In this document: piece by piece, positions 23,604-37,879 of the stretch
How the letters are laid out: each line of letters starts with the position of its first letter
Numbering within the stretch: position 1 is the first letter of the stretch
Source of the DNA: Pachysolen tannophilus NRRL Y-2460
Taxonomy: Eukaryota
Length of the DNA stretch: 64,000 nt
Direction: 5' to 3'
Assembly: GCA_001661245.1 (NCBI GenBank)
Contig: KV454014.1
Coordinates: forward strand, 960,892 to 1,024,891
The notes under the pieces: generated by a model
What the model saw: the letters and a program-made list of their open reading frames with translations, nothing else
Database searches by the model: none
What the model was told of the DNA's origin: nothing
Position numbers and translations under genes: made by a program

Positions 23604-26600
23604 GATCTTATTCAAAAATTCAAAATATCCAATAACTGAATTTAAAATAATATTACTACTATTACTACTATATTTCATCTCTTCGCGCCCTGATAAAAAA
23701 AATAAAATAAAAAATTAAAAAAAAAAAAAAAAATTTTTCCAAAAAAATCATTTTTGATATCGATGCCACTACCAAATTATTATAATCAATGTTAAATACC
23801 CGTTTGATTAAACCGAATTGTTTAATACCCAATAAGTATCAATAATACCCAACAGAAGAGAAGAGAAGAGAAGAAAAAAGAAGAGTGGAGCTACAGGAAT
23901 ACAGGAATACAGGAATACAGTTATTGGCGACAAGGATTAAACCATAGGCAAATATGCAATTTTTTTTTATTTTTAATTTTTAAAGCCTTTTTTAAAGTTA
24001 AAGTATTGGAAACAAAGAGAAAATTTTCATTGGAAAACCGCAGGAAAACCGCAGGCAGGCAATGAAGGAAGGAACTACAGCTACACATTTTCAAGTAAAT
24101 AAGTAAATATATTGCGTCGGCTTTTCCAGAACACTCACACATAGCATATTACACATAGGCTGAGCAGCTTGTAGCATTATATTGTAAGTCCGAGTTTACT
24201 TCTTTCTTTTTCTAGATTGTCTTCATACGATATTATGATACTGCAAAAAAAAAATTTTTTTCTGTGTTATATATAATAATTTTTCATAATTTTCACATAT
24301 ATAGTATATTAGTTATTTATTTATTTATTTTGGTGTGTGAAATTTTGAATTTAGTGAAAAGAAAAGATGCGACCCACTGTCTCAAACTTCTCATCATTTT
24401 ATTGTCCATCTCGTTTAAGTTTTTTTTTTTTTTTTTTTATTTTATTTTTTTTTTTTTTTTAGCATTTTTCAACTTCTGCATGTTAGTTTATGTATATGCA
24501 ATCTAAACGGTTAACTTCCATTTATTTTCATATATGAAATATAATAATTTCGCATATAAAATTACTAATTTTGCTTTACTTAAGTGCCTATTCATATGTG
24601 CAGCGGCTAACACCCTCTAAAGTTAAATTTTTCTAGTTCATGTCGAATAAGAAATACTGCGTTTTTTTTTGGGTTTTTTAATTTTTCAGTAGAGAATAAC
24701 CAGGTAAATCGGATTGGCCGTACATCTTTAAAAATTTCTCTATTACTTCTAAAGAAAATTTTTTTCGATATACGTACGCTCTTCAAACTCCTTGAAAATG
24801 TAGTGTTTCACATTTCTTAATATATATCATCATCAATTATAACCTGTATATAAAAATAATAATAATAATAAAAATTTAAAAAAATTTTTTTTTTTTTTTT
24901 TATGTTGAACTCGTATTTCACCTGCTGTTGGGGCAAGTCAGAACGTTAGGATTTCAACAGTATAAGGAAAGTCAGCTGGCCTATGTATGGTGAGAGAAAA
25001 GTAACAGAAGTAGGCTAATAATGAAAAATAAAAAACTGTGGATACTAAAATTATCTATTATCTATAATCTATTATCTATTATCTATCGTCTATCGTCTAT
25101 TTCTTTTCTTTTTTTTTTTAATTTTTTTTTTTTTTTTAGTTGTTCTTGCTTTTAAACATGAACGGACCACATGTGATATAATTTATAGGCCAACCAATTG
25201 AGTAGGCCAATTGGATTAAGAATTTTTAATTCTTAAACTGTTTCAACGAACCAATCAATTCTTGTATAAAATTTTTTTTTTTTTTTAGCTTCACCGAGAT
25301 GGTTCATTAGAGTGGAAAGAAAGAAAGAAAAAAAGAGCTAGAACAGTTTTACTAAATAACTTCTAATAACGATTAACACTAGGCGATCACATAAAAATGT
25401 AACAGAAAAAGCACATCTACTGTATGATCCATAGGTGGCTTGATTTCTTACATTTACATCTTCCATTCTGAAAAAAAAAAAAAGTAAGAAGATTTACGTA
25501 ATAGTAAAAGTGAAAGTCACTTTGAAGTTAATACACATTGATTGTCTTTCTCTAAATGTTGAAGAAGCCGCTAATGAAATCGAGGGAAATATAAATACAG
25601 AGAAATTCATTCCTTTTCTATCTAGCATATATATATTATGTATAGGCAAGAACTCCAATTAGATGATTAAAGTTAACCCCCAAAGGCAAGTTTCTGTCTA
25701 GAAGGGGGAGGGGGGACAAATTAATTGGTTTTCCTCTATCTCCAGGCAATTTCACCAATTTTTATTCTTTTTGCTTGTTTTCAAGTAACTCAACACGTGA
25801 AGTTAAACTTGAAAAGATTTTTTCCGTCCAAATGAAAAAATAAAAAAAAAAACTTAGGAACCAATTAACTGATAGATTGAGCATTTAATTGTTATTTCAA
25901 AGAGGGCCGTAAATGAAAAGGAAAAAACAAACAAACTGGTTTTCGGTGAATTAATTATGAAATGCCGAAAATCTTGTAAAAACTCCGACCTTTTCATTAT
26001 ATTGTTTTTTTTTTCTTTTTGACCTGCCTTTAATTGAAAGATAAGCTTATTTGGTCTTTAAATATCTTGATGAAATATATTGATCTATTAAAGAAAAGAA
26101 AAAAATATATGGCGTGGAAAATGAAAATAAAAATGGAGAAACTGCTTATGCAGTTTCTTATGTGGAGATTTATTTCAGAATCTAACTTGAAATTAACACT
26201 TTTCCAAAGAGAGGAAAAAAAAAAAAAAAAAAAAAAACCTTGTTACTGTTTCTTTGGATAAGATTACAATACAATACTAACTAACTAACTAATTACTTAC
26301 CTTTAGATCTCAACAGATTCTTTTATGGTATATTTTAAAATCTATTTATTTAAGTCCATTGAAAAAAAAAGAGTAAATATTTGAATAAATTTCAACTCTA
26401 AAATTTAAGCTAAATAACTTTAATTTGAAACCCCTGCAGAGTCATCAATACTATACTACTACTACTCTTGAAATGAAAACTGGTAGGTAACCTGTAAATT
26501 AGTACAAACAATAACAACAATAACAATGTAGAAAAAAAAAATTATAATAACTACCAATGGTTATTAGGTAATAATATAAATATATATATATGCTTTTTCT

Positions 26601-28958
26601 TGCAACCCCGCCAAAAAAAAAGTAAAAAATGAACGGAACGCATTCATCAAGATACTGAGATCAACGGTATTATACAGAATCAGTTATTTCGAAGAGCGAT
26701 TTTCAACGCATAATGGTGGTGTTATATTCCGCAATCTAAATTTTTTTTTTTTTTTTAATTTTATTCGACTCAATAATCAACAACAGGTATAAAGTTATTT
26801 TTTTTTGATTATTATTATAATTAATCACTTAATCAATTATTATATCCTTAACTTTCCATTTCCCAAAAACCATGAAAAAAAAGTTTTTATTTTTTTTTTT
26901 TTTTGTGTATCGCAAAACTAGGATTGATTGTTTTATCTATCTATTTTTAAATTAAACTTTAGCTATTTACAACATACGAAGGACTCCGGGTTTTACATCT
27001 TTTTTATTTTTTTCAAAAAAATAAAAATTAAGATTGTAATCCTAGTTTGGGACGTAAATCTTGAAAATACTAAATTCTCCTTGTTTTCATTTTTTTTTTT
27101 TTTTTTTTCTATTACAACAACAATCCTAGTATCTTATTACCTTTTAAGAAATAAATCATAACAATTTTGTTTTAACAATATAATAACATATTCTTCATTA
27201 GCTTGTAAGCAATGTTCGGAGGTACCGCTTATTTGCTTAAATAAATTTAAAACACACTAAATATATATATATATATGGAAGAAAGAAAAATTTCCTACAT
27301 AATTTTGTTATCTAAAATAAGCCTAAAAAAATCTAGCCCCAAGGATATTTCCCAATATACAATAGGAAACCTTGTTAAGTGTAATAAGAGTTTAAAAAAT
27401 TGTATCTCATCAAAACCATAGAAAGAATCAAAAAATTTACATAAAAACTTTTTCATGAATGAATTTACCAACCCAATTTTTTCTTTTTTATAAAAAAAAA
27501 GGTTTTATAAAAATTATACAAATTTCTTTATTATTGAAACTTTAGATATTACTAAATTCATCTGTAATGTAAAAAGATAAAATAAATAATTATCTTTTCT
27601 TTTCTTTTCAATGGTATTTAAGCTGCACAATTATTGTTTAAAGATAGAGAAATTGTCATTTAATGCATATAATAGCATACTTGAAATTGTATACAACGTC
27701 ATTTTTTTTTTTAATTATTTTAATTATTTTTTATCTCTCTTAGAAAAAAAAAAAAAATAACAAACCTAAGAATTGAATTGGGTTGAATTGAGTTCTTTAA
27801 TAGCAATTTTCAAATTTAAATAAGTGAAACATTGTTTTAAATTTTCCTTGTTAAAAGAGTCAATTTTTTAGAATTTAAAAAATTTTATCTTTATTAGTTA
27901 TTAATAATAAATAAATAAATAAAAATAAAAAGAAAAAGACCGGGATACGACATATACCTACACACAACACCTGCTCCTACTATACAGAGAGAGAGAGATA
28001 TTAGGACAAAAAAACTTTAAAAAACATGCTGAGTTTTTCTTTTTTTTTTATTTTTTTTTCTTTTTTAAATAATAATAATAATATTTCCCGATTTTGGAAT
28101 GAATATTAGTCCAAACAGAAATTTGGATTATTCATAGATTCAAGTTTATTGAATGAGTTTTTTATTTTATATTTGCAGAGAAGAAGACTAATTAAATTGT
28201 ATTCGGATGGAGATATGTATGAAATTTCCGTAATCCGCCTAATATCGGCTTTTTTGCCAAAAAAAAATTAAATAAAAAAAAAAACAATTAACTTCAATCT
28301 TTATTGATAAATCAGTATCATTCTTTTTAATATGATAATCAATAAATAGTTGAGTTAATTAGTCTTTTCCCAAAAAGAAAAAAAAAAAACATCCGTTAAA
28401 ACTCTCAAATACAAAACAAAATTAAATAATACTTTAAAATTCGGTATCCGATGGAAATTACAAAAAAAAAAAAAAAAAAAAAATTTAATTAAAATAAAAA
28501 GAAAAGCAATATAGCCGCATTGCAGTCAACATATCCACTTATCCATCAATCTATCTATCTATCTTCTACCACACAACACATAAATAAACATTAACACCAA
28601 CCAACCAACAAAATCACTACTAAAAGATATATCAATGTATTAAGTAAGATATCAAGAACAAACATTTTCAGAACACGGTTGTTTTTTTTTCAATTTATTA
28701 TTATTATTATTATTATTATTATATTCACTAATATGCATCAACTGCATGGTACTAAAATGCAATGTAAAGATTCTGGATTCATGCATACCTAAATGTTTAA
28801 TTGAAAGTTTTATTCCAATAAAAATAAAATGCAGTAGATCCTCTCTCTCAAATAATTAACTCGATGCAAACCTAATTGAAGGGGAAAAAAATAAAGAGAA
28901 GATTTCATCAATTTTTTGAATATCTTGTAAAGAATTAAACTTCTTTTTTTTTTTTTTT

Positions 28959-29514
28959 NNNNNNNNNNNNNNNNNNNNNNNNNNNNNNNNNNNNNNNNNN
29001 NNNNNNNNNNNNNNNNNNNNNNNNNNNNNNNNNNNNNNNNNNNNNNNNNNNNNNNNNNNNNNNNNNNNNNNNNNNNNNNNNNNNNNNNNNNNNNNNNNNN
29101 NNNNNNNNNNNNNNNNNNNNNNNNNNNNNNNNNNNNNNNNNNNNNNNNNNNNNNNNNNNNNNNNNNNNNNNNNNNNNNNNNNNNNNNNNNNNNNNNNNNN
29201 NNNNNNNNNNNNNNNNNNNNNNNNNNNNNNNNNNNNNNNNNNNNNNNNNNNNNNNNNNNNNNNNNNNNNNNNNNNNNNNNNNNNNNNNNNNNNNNNNNNN
29301 NNNNNNNNNNNNNNNNNNNNNNNNNNNNNNNNNNNNNNNNNNNNNNNNNNNNNNNNNNNNNNNNNNNNNNNNNNNNNNNNNNNNNNNNNNNNNNNNNNNN
29401 NNNNNNNNNNNNNNNNNNNNNNNNNNNNNNNNNNNNNNNNNNNNNNNNNNNNNNNNNNNNNNNNNNNNNNNNNNNNNNNNNNNNNNNNNNNNNNNNNNNN
29501 NNNNNNNNNNNNNN
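28959..29514. other. Assembly gap (N run) flanked by poly-T
   Basis: 556 N. Confidence 1.
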
Positions 29515-29572
<58 letters not shown>

Positions 29573-29884
29573 TTATTTCTAATATTTTCATTTTTTTTTA
29601 TCTTTTTATTAAAATCTGTTTGTTTGCCTTTGCCTAAAGTTATTAATTTAACATTTTGATTGTAATTGTATTTGTGAAATTGGTTGGTAAAAGGTCAAAA
29701 TCAAATTATAATATAAAGATAAAATTTATAAAGAAAAAAAAAGAGGAAAATAAAATTATAATAAAGGGGAAAAAAAAATAAAAAAAAAAATAAAAAAAAA
29801 ACAAAAAAAAAAGAAGAAGCGTTTAAAAAGATTAAAAGCAAATAAGAATTGATATAAAAAATTTAAAGTTATTTGGTATAACAA

Positions 29885-30056
29885 ATGTCAGATAATACAA
29901 ATACTAGTTTGAATGATCAAGTTAATAGAACAGGCTCAAGAGAAATGAAGCAGGAAGGTCAAGTTTCTTTATCGAATATTATTCCTACGCCAGTTCAGCG
30001 AGGTGGTGAATTACCCACTCACCCACAGTATTTCCCATACCAGCAAGCGCCGCCGC

Positions 30057-30088
<32 letters not shown>

Positions 30089-33000
30089 CCACCACCACCA
30101 CCACCACCACCACAACAGCAGCAACAACAACAACAACAACAACAACAACAGCCGCCGGTGATGCCTCCACAACAACAATATCATTACCTGGCGTCGCCAC
30201 CTCAGTTCCCGCAACAATTTGCATTGCAGCAACCAATGAACCATCCTATAATGTATCCTCCTTTGCCAATACAGCAACAACCTCAGCAACAACCGCAACA
30301 CCCACAACAATCGCAACAGCCGCTGCCGCTGCAACAACAGCAACAGCAACAGCAGCAGCAGCAACAACACCCACAACAACAACTGCAACAACAACAACAG
30401 AATCCGTACTACCAGCAGCAATTACAACTGCAATTTCTCATGCAACAATTGGCTCCACAAGTACCTCAACCACCCATTTCTCAAAGAAATCAGCATCAAC
30501 AGCTGCAAACAAGTACAAATTTTCCATCATCACAGATACAAAAATTGCCACAAAAGACACGTACACGTAGAAGTAAAAGTGAAATGCAAGCTGCTCAATC
30601 GGCTGAAAATGATAGTGAAAAAGAAGAAGTGAAAAGGAAAAGGAAAAGATTATCAATATCTTGTAATACTTGTAGGAAAAGGAAAATTAAATGTGATAGA
30701 AATAGACCGATTTGTGGTTCATGTAAAAAAAATAATGTTCCAACTCATTTATGTATTTATGATGATTCTCCATGGGTTAGTTCATTGGTAAAAGAACAAA
30801 ATTTACATAATGAAATTCATAGTTTAAAATTGAAAAATCAAAAATTAAAAGAATCAATTGAAGAAAGTAAAGAAGAATTAAATAATACAAAAGAAAATTA
30901 TGAAACTGAACTTAAAAGATTGAAATCCGCTGTTAATAGACTTCCACCTACAGATATTGATGACTTGAACAGTGCTGAAGATATTGATGGTAATATTGAA
31001 TTTTCAAGTAATAGTAAAGAATTAAATACAACAATTGGTAATTTGATGGGTTCCAATGAAAAATTAAAAATATCAACTGATTTAGAATTAATCAAAGATA
31101 AAAAAATAAATCTCTCTAATTTTACCACTTTAAAATCAACAAAGACAAATAGTAAATTTTATGGTCCATTGACATGGCAAAATTTCATATATCAAGATAA
31201 AGTTTTGAGATTTGCTACAGAAATTTTTGAACCCTATGATGAAAGATATAGAGATACAATTTTAGAAGATCTGAAAGAAAATGAATTTATTGCAAGTTTC
31301 CTTTTAGAGTTTCCATTAAATTTATCTTATACTGACTTATTAGGGAAAACTTCCTCTTCGTCATCATCATCATCATCATCATCGTCTGGTTCTTCTTCTT
31401 CATCTCAAAAAGACAGTCATAACCATAAACGTGATCCAATTGATATAAAATTACTGGAATTAGCTAAATATTTCCCATGTTTCAAATTTGTCGAACAAAA
31501 ATTTAACTACTATTTTGATATAAAGTATAATTTATGGACCCCATTTGTCAATAAAAAGAGAGTTTCTGAAGATTTCTACAGAATTTTCAAAAAATCAAAA
31601 AAAGGTGGTATAGAATTTGATATTCATTCCAAAAATAGAAACCAGGATATAGAGTTGACAAAATTAGCCTTTTGTCTCTTGATTATCAAATTTGGGATTG
31701 TTTTTTCTGGAATTCAGAATTTTAAAGACGAAGCAAATGTTTTGACTAGATTTTCATTAATGTGTTTAAGTGCCGCAAAAATTTATACAAATCCAACTAT
31801 TCCTGCTTTAAAAGCTTTGATTTTTTTGCAGTTATTCCATTTTTTCAATCCAGAAGGTTATCATGATCAGTTATATGTATACCCTAGTAATTTTAATTCT
31901 TTATCTTTAACAACATTGATTATGACTATGGCTACAAATTTAGGATTGCATCGCGGTTATGATTACATTGGAAAATTCAAAGAAGTTGATTCTGTTAATG
32001 ATAATTATGTTACAGAATCAGAATTGAATGAAATTTGGACAATTTTATTTTCTTCTGATGCTAGGAATGCTATTCACTGTGGTTCACTGCTAACACTTTG
32101 TGGAGGTTCATGTTACAGTTCTGTTTTAACAGTAGAAAATAACAGTTTTGAATTAACAGCTTTTCTTAGATATATCGCTACAAAATTTTCTACATTTTCT
32201 GTGGGAGTTACAGTTCTAACAAGCGAAGAAAAGAAAAATAATGATGTTAGTCAAGCTTCTACAAAAGTTGAGTCTAGAGTTCTATACAAAAGATCGGAAA
32301 TTGAAGATGAAATTATTAGAATTAAAGAATATTTTAATCTTAATATAAGGAAAGATCCTTATTTTTGGAATAATTTTAGGATAAGAACCGCACATTCAGG
32401 TCAACTGAAAGATAAAAGGTTAATAGTAACATTAGAAATTTTAGAAATTTTGGTTTCCTTAAGTTACATATTATATCTATCTTATAATGATAAAGACCAC
32501 ATTTTAAACGAAGCAGGTTCAGATTTAGGAGATAAATTTAGAGCTGAAACTTCTGCTCTTGAAACGAAAAAATTGGCTAAAAAATATTTGAATATGGCTT
32601 TGTTGTATTCAATGTACTCAATAAAAATTGTTGATTGGTATTTAGAACAAAGTTTATTGGATGAATCAATATCGAAAAACAGGGTTTTACAAATTGCTTC
32701 TAACTCGAGATTTAAAATTAATGCTTGTCAGGCTGCTACTGTAATATGTTCAGTTGTTTGTTCAAATTCAATTACTCATAATTACGGTCTAGATTACAAT
32801 TACGAGCCATTAGAAGAAGAAAAAGATGCAAAGTATGTTAATCTCTTTGACCTGTCCTTACAAGAATTAGAAGATTTAGGGTTTCAGGATACCAAGAAGA
32901 AGAATATTCTTTCTTTTGAATCTAATAACCTTAACGTTTTAGTTTCGAATTATCTCAAGAATTTTTACATGAAGGTAAACAAAAGTGATTTATTTATTCA

Positions 33001-33232
33001 GGACTCCAAGTGGTTTAGCAGTTTTAGAGAATTTTCATGTTTCTTCCGTTATGTTTTCCAAGATAAAAGATTTACGAATATCAATAGTCAAAATGATGAT
33101 AATGCGACTGATGAAAATTTAGAAATTGAAGATATATTTAAGATGAATGAATATATGGAGTATAAGAAGGGTCTAGAAGAAAAAGTTCTGCCTCATCCTA
33201 ATAAAAAATCAATTCAGTATATTTTGAATTAA
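29885..33232 (+). CDS. Zn(II)2Cys6 transcription factor with poly-Q/P N-terminus
   Basis: SCNTCRKRKIKCDRNRPICGSCKKNNVPTHLCIY cluster followed by a coiled coil and a fungal TF middle region. Confidence 0.93.
30041..30430 (+). repeat. CAA/CAG/CCA trinucleotide tracts encoding poly-Q and poly-P
   Basis: Direct reading of the sequence. Confidence 0.9.
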
Positions 33233-33550
33233 TGAAAGGTACTTATGATATTTATATTAAGTTTAATTTTTTTATTTTTATTTTTATTTTTACTTTTATT
33301 TTCTTTTGTTTTTATTTGTATTTTTTACCTATAAGTCAGCATTCATTAGTTTTGTAATATTATTTCATTTTTTAGATTCAACATATATTAATTCAGTCAT
33401 GTTCTTAATAGATATAGAAGACAAAGAATAAAAGTTTGAAAAAAGTTAGTAAAACTTTCTTTGATTTCTTTGTAATCTAGACTTCTTAGCATTCTAGCAT
33501 TCTAGCAGTCCAGCAGTCCAGCAGTTTTTTTTTTTTTTTTTTTTTTTTTT

Positions 33551-33912
33551 NNNNNNNNNNNNNNNNNNNNNNNNNNNNNNNNNNNNNNNNNNNNNNNNNN
33601 NNNNNNNNNNNNNNNNNNNNNNNNNNNNNNNNNNNNNNNNNNNNNNNNNNNNNNNNNNNNNNNNNNNNNNNNNNNNNNNNNNNNNNNNNNNNNNNNNNNN
33701 NNNNNNNNNNNNNNNNNNNNNNNNNNNNNNNNNNNNNNNNNNNNNNNNNNNNNNNNNNNNNNNNNNNNNNNNNNNNNNNNNNNNNNNNNNNNNNNNNNNN
33801 NNNNNNNNNNNNNNNNNNNNNNNNNNNNNNNNNNNNNNNNNNNNNNNNNNNNNNNNNNNNNNNNNNNNNNNNNNNNNNNNNNNNNNNNNNNNNNNNNNNN
33901 NNNNNNNNNNNN
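33551..33912. other. Assembly gap (N run), probably spurious
   Basis: 362 N; the flanks overlap each other. Confidence 1.
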
Positions 33913-34345
33913 TTTAAGAAATTGAAGATATATTTAAGATGAATGAATATATGGAGTATAAGAAGGGTCTAGAAAGAAAAAGTTTCTGCCTCATCCTAAT
34001 AAAAAATCAATTCAGTATTATTTTGAATTAATGAAAGGTACTTATGATATTTATTATTAAGTTTAATTTTTTTATTTTTTATTTTTATTTTTACTTTTAT
34101 TTTCTTTTGTTTTTATTTGTATTTTTTACCTATAAGTCAGCATTCATTAGTTTTGTAATATTATTTCATTTTTTAGATTCAACATATATTAATTCAGTCA
34201 TGTTCTTAATAGATATAGAAGACAAAGAATAAAAGTTTGAAAAAAGTTAGTAAAACTTTCTTTGATTTCTTTGTAATCTAGACTTCTTAGCATTCTAGCA
34301 TTCTAGCAGTCCAGCAGTCCAGCTAGTTTTTTTTTTTTTTTTTTT
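33913..34345 (+). repeat. Near-identical copy of ~33118-33550 (TF 3' end and UTR); probable unmerged contig overlap
   Basis: Differences are single-base indels, mostly in or next to homopolymers (tttaagaa vs tttagaa, agtttctg vs agttctg). Confidence 0.9.
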
Positions 34346-35734
34346 GGGTTTCCTAAATCTTGCATCTAAAGTAATTTCAGTTTCTGCAACATGTATAGGC
34401 TTTCCCATTACAATATGCTAGCAAGAGAACAAAGAAGTTAATTACTTTGATTGCGTTCCCCTTTAAACCCTCAAGAATTACAAGATTATTAAAACAAGGA
34501 AAAAAATGCTTGTTTAGGTCTTGATATATTCCCAACACCCAGTTGAATTACAGTTAAGATGTCTTGAATGAGCACGCGCCAAGTTATTTTAAAAATTAAA
34601 TTAAACCAGAACTAATTGACTTATTGTAATCATATGATTTATATCTTGAAAAGCATTCAATGGTACATTGAGGTGGAACATACACAGGACAAAATCTTTC
34701 TAATCTGGATATGCAAAAAGAAAAGCTTAAAAAGAAAGAAAAAAAAAAAAAACTACCAAATAATTGTGTCCTAATGTATTCCAAATGATGAGCAATAATT
34801 GCGTTAACTCGGAGACTACAGTGTCTATAGTAATTCTGCCGTTGGAGATTTTCAAAGATGTCTCTATGCTTTGACTTAAAATACTAGATTATAATTGTCG
34901 GGAAGGAAATTAAAATTTAAGTGAGTAAATTCTTTTTTCTTACCCATTGAGCATTGAGCAATGAGCAAATAATTAATTAATCAAACGAAAAGAATGAAAA
35001 AAAAAAAAAAGTAAATGGGAAAAAGCATTCTTCTATCCAGTAAAATTTTAAATATTCAAATAAATAAAATTTAAAACATTTTAGCAACATCGGAATTAGT
35101 ATAAGTAAAAGAACTGGGAACAAACGTATCACACAAATCTAATTGGCATCCCTTAGGCTAAAGTTGACAAATTAACTTCTCTTTTCTTAATCGTTAATGC
35201 CCCAAGCCAAACTTTATAAAAGCGGCGATTAACTTTAATCACCGAAAAATCCTTGCATATTTTTTTTTGTTCGGAGGGATTCTCAGTACTAAAGATTTTT
35301 TTTTTTTTTTTTTTTTTTTCCAGCTACAGCTAAATCTCCACAGATGTCAGGATTTATGCCTGCGAGACCAATTTACTTTTTAGGACATCTGAAAAGAGTA
35401 AAAAAAATACAAATATAAGAAAAAGAAGAGAAGAAATAACAATATTAAACCAGCCCCTCGATACAAACTGATATTTCATGATTGAATTAACAAGATCTAG
35501 AATAATCAAATTAAATTCCCTCATACTGAAGAAATATGAAAAAAAAAAAAAATAGCAAAAAAAAATTTTTTTTATTTTTTTTTTTGTTTAGCCAATGAAG
35601 CCTTTTGTTTCCATTGGAAAAAAAAATAGTTAGTTAGTTAGTTAGTTAATATTTATTAATTAGTTAATTAGTTTAAGTTTCGCAGAAACAGTCAGAATGC
35701 GTTAAGGGTGGGTGCGCGTCTGGCTTACATTTAA

Positions 35735-35808
35735 GGTCCCTTGGCCCAGTTGGTTAAGGCGCCGTGCTAATAACGCGGAGATCAGCAGTTCGATCCTGCT
35801 AGGGACCA
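35735..35808 (+). tRNA. tRNA-Ile (AAU/IAU)
   Basis: Acceptor GGTCCCT/AGGGACC+A; D-arm TGGCCCAGTTGGTTAAGGC; anticodon arm CCGTG-CT-AAT-AA-CGCGG (AAT at 35769-35771); T-arm AGCAG-TTCGATC-CTGCT; oligo-T terminator at about 35822. Confidence 0.97.
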
Positions 35809-36378
35809 TTCAAAAAAGACGTTTTTTTTTATTTTATTTTTTTTCATTTTTTAAGTAAATTGCACTGGATATTTGAAAACAGATAGAATTTGAGTTTGAA
35901 TTTTTGTTCATATTCTGATGGATTTGTAAAATTAAAAGAATCGAATTCTTTCTTAAAAGACAAATAAATACATACAATTAAGTGTTTCAGAAATGGTACG
36001 ATTTTTCTACAAGCATTAATCCATTTTTGTTCTATTCGTGACCTTATTTGGAATTAAAAAAAAATACTCGGCGATGTTGAATGCATATAAGAAGGTATGA
36101 GAGCTGACGCTTCCGCAGATAATATATTTATTTTGATACTGGAGAAAGTATTCTGAGAATAAGTAAAAGTAAAAAGTAAAAGTAAAATTAAAAATTAAAA
36201 AATTCCATCTTTTTTAATTCGTCTTATTAGTCAGTCGGGAGTAAGCGGGCGCTAAGAGAAAATAACTTACTTTTTTTTTTTTTTTTTTTTTTTCAAAAAA
36301 TGAAAAATTAAAAATAAGACGAGGTTGGTCCAATTGTAAAAATAATTAAATTATTTTTTTCAATTTCTACCATAGAAA

Positions 36379-37843
36379 TTATAAAGTTTCCCAGCCTCCA
36401 ACATCAACGTTATTTTCTATAGTCCTAGTGATATAATTAGGAATATCATGACCTAACCAAACGCTTCTAATGAAATTTTCATACCTTTCCTTGCTTAAAT
36501 ACATAACTTGTCCATGTTTCCCTTCTTTATCCAATTCACCATGAGGATCTAAATAAGGTGCATCGTGAAATGAACCAATATTATCATGTAATAACAATAA
36601 CCTACTATTCTTAGGAATTAAAAAAATCCCGTTATCGTTACTAAAACAATTGTTCTTATAATGCTCAATGCATTCTCCTTGACGATTAGTAATTGAAATG
36701 TTTTGCATGTCAACTATTGCTCTGCAATGAAGACAAATAGCTGGATTTATAATATTTCTTAAATTCAATGGATAATACAAATAAGTGAAGAAATTGTCTA
36801 ATCTTTTCGGTAATTCAATTAAGGATATTATTCCAGGGTACTTAAGATTATAAACAGATAAATCCATTATCAAAGTAGGCTTAAAAGTAACTAATTTTTC
36901 AAAAATTATATTTGGAACTGATTTTGGAGTATGGAATTTTTGATTAAATAAATCATGAATTGAAGGTAATTTCAAGAAATTGGTTAACCTATCAATCTCT
37001 AACATTTTCACATCTAAATTATGGAAATCAATATGATCTAAATTTGCACATTTGATGAATGCAAAAATTACCGTTTTTCTTAAAAAAGGTGTCATTAATT
37101 TAATCACCATCGAATATAAAATTTTAATGAATTTTTCACTGCTTTCTAAATTATGCCTGAAAAAAGTGTTCTCCAAATTGTAAGTTTGATTAATATGCTT
37201 GTAGATTTTTTGGAAAATAACTTGGAGCTTTTCCACATTAAAATTAATATTTTCAATTATAGGTATTTCCATTAAAAATGTCATTATTTCTGTATCACTA
37301 CCCAACAAACGATAAACTAATAAATAACAGTTCTGCAAAACTTGAGAAATATAACAAATGTTCATTATTTCATTGAAACTGATCTTCAAAGTTTCAATGG
37401 CCTCACATTCCACTAAAAATTTCAAAAAATCAATAGATAATAAAACTTCAATTAAATCGTCACTGCCTAACAAATTTAATCTTCCCAAAATTTGCTCTAT
37501 TTGATCAATAAAGTTGAAATTATCTGCTACATCATTATTTGAGCTATTGCGCTTTAACAATTTCTCATATTTAATGTCTTGTACAATTCGTAAAGCCTGA
37601 ACCAGCTCTCTAAGTTGATTCCAAGTTCTTAAAGTTGTTAGTGATTTATTGGATAATTGATTTATAATAATTTCATTCCCCAGTCCCTCCTGAGGTACAC
37701 CTCTTAACGAGATTTCAGTAGATTCAATAGTGTGAATTAATATTGAATTAAAATCAAGCTTTACTAGTAAATTGGAAAGACTATTCAAGTGGTTGACAAC
37801 ATTTGATATAGCAGATAAATATTTTGGAATTTCTAGTGGGCTA

Positions 37844-37879
<36 letters not shown>

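Noticed and set aside
23921..27161. Short Phe/Lys-rich ORFs in the long intergenic region
   Set aside because: Produced by poly-A/T tracts; non-ATG starts; no protein-like composition.
29985..30656. Minus-strand Val/Leu/Trp-rich ORFs
   Set aside because: Antisense shadows of the poly-Q/P codon tracts.
34346..35734. tRNA-adjacent LTR or retrotransposon remnant
   Set aside because: No TG...CA bounded repeat, primer-binding site or gag/pol similarity seen.
36065..36160. Possible C/D snoRNA (ATGTTGA...CTGA...CTGA)
   Set aside because: Imperfect C box, and I could not recognise an rRNA-complementary guide.
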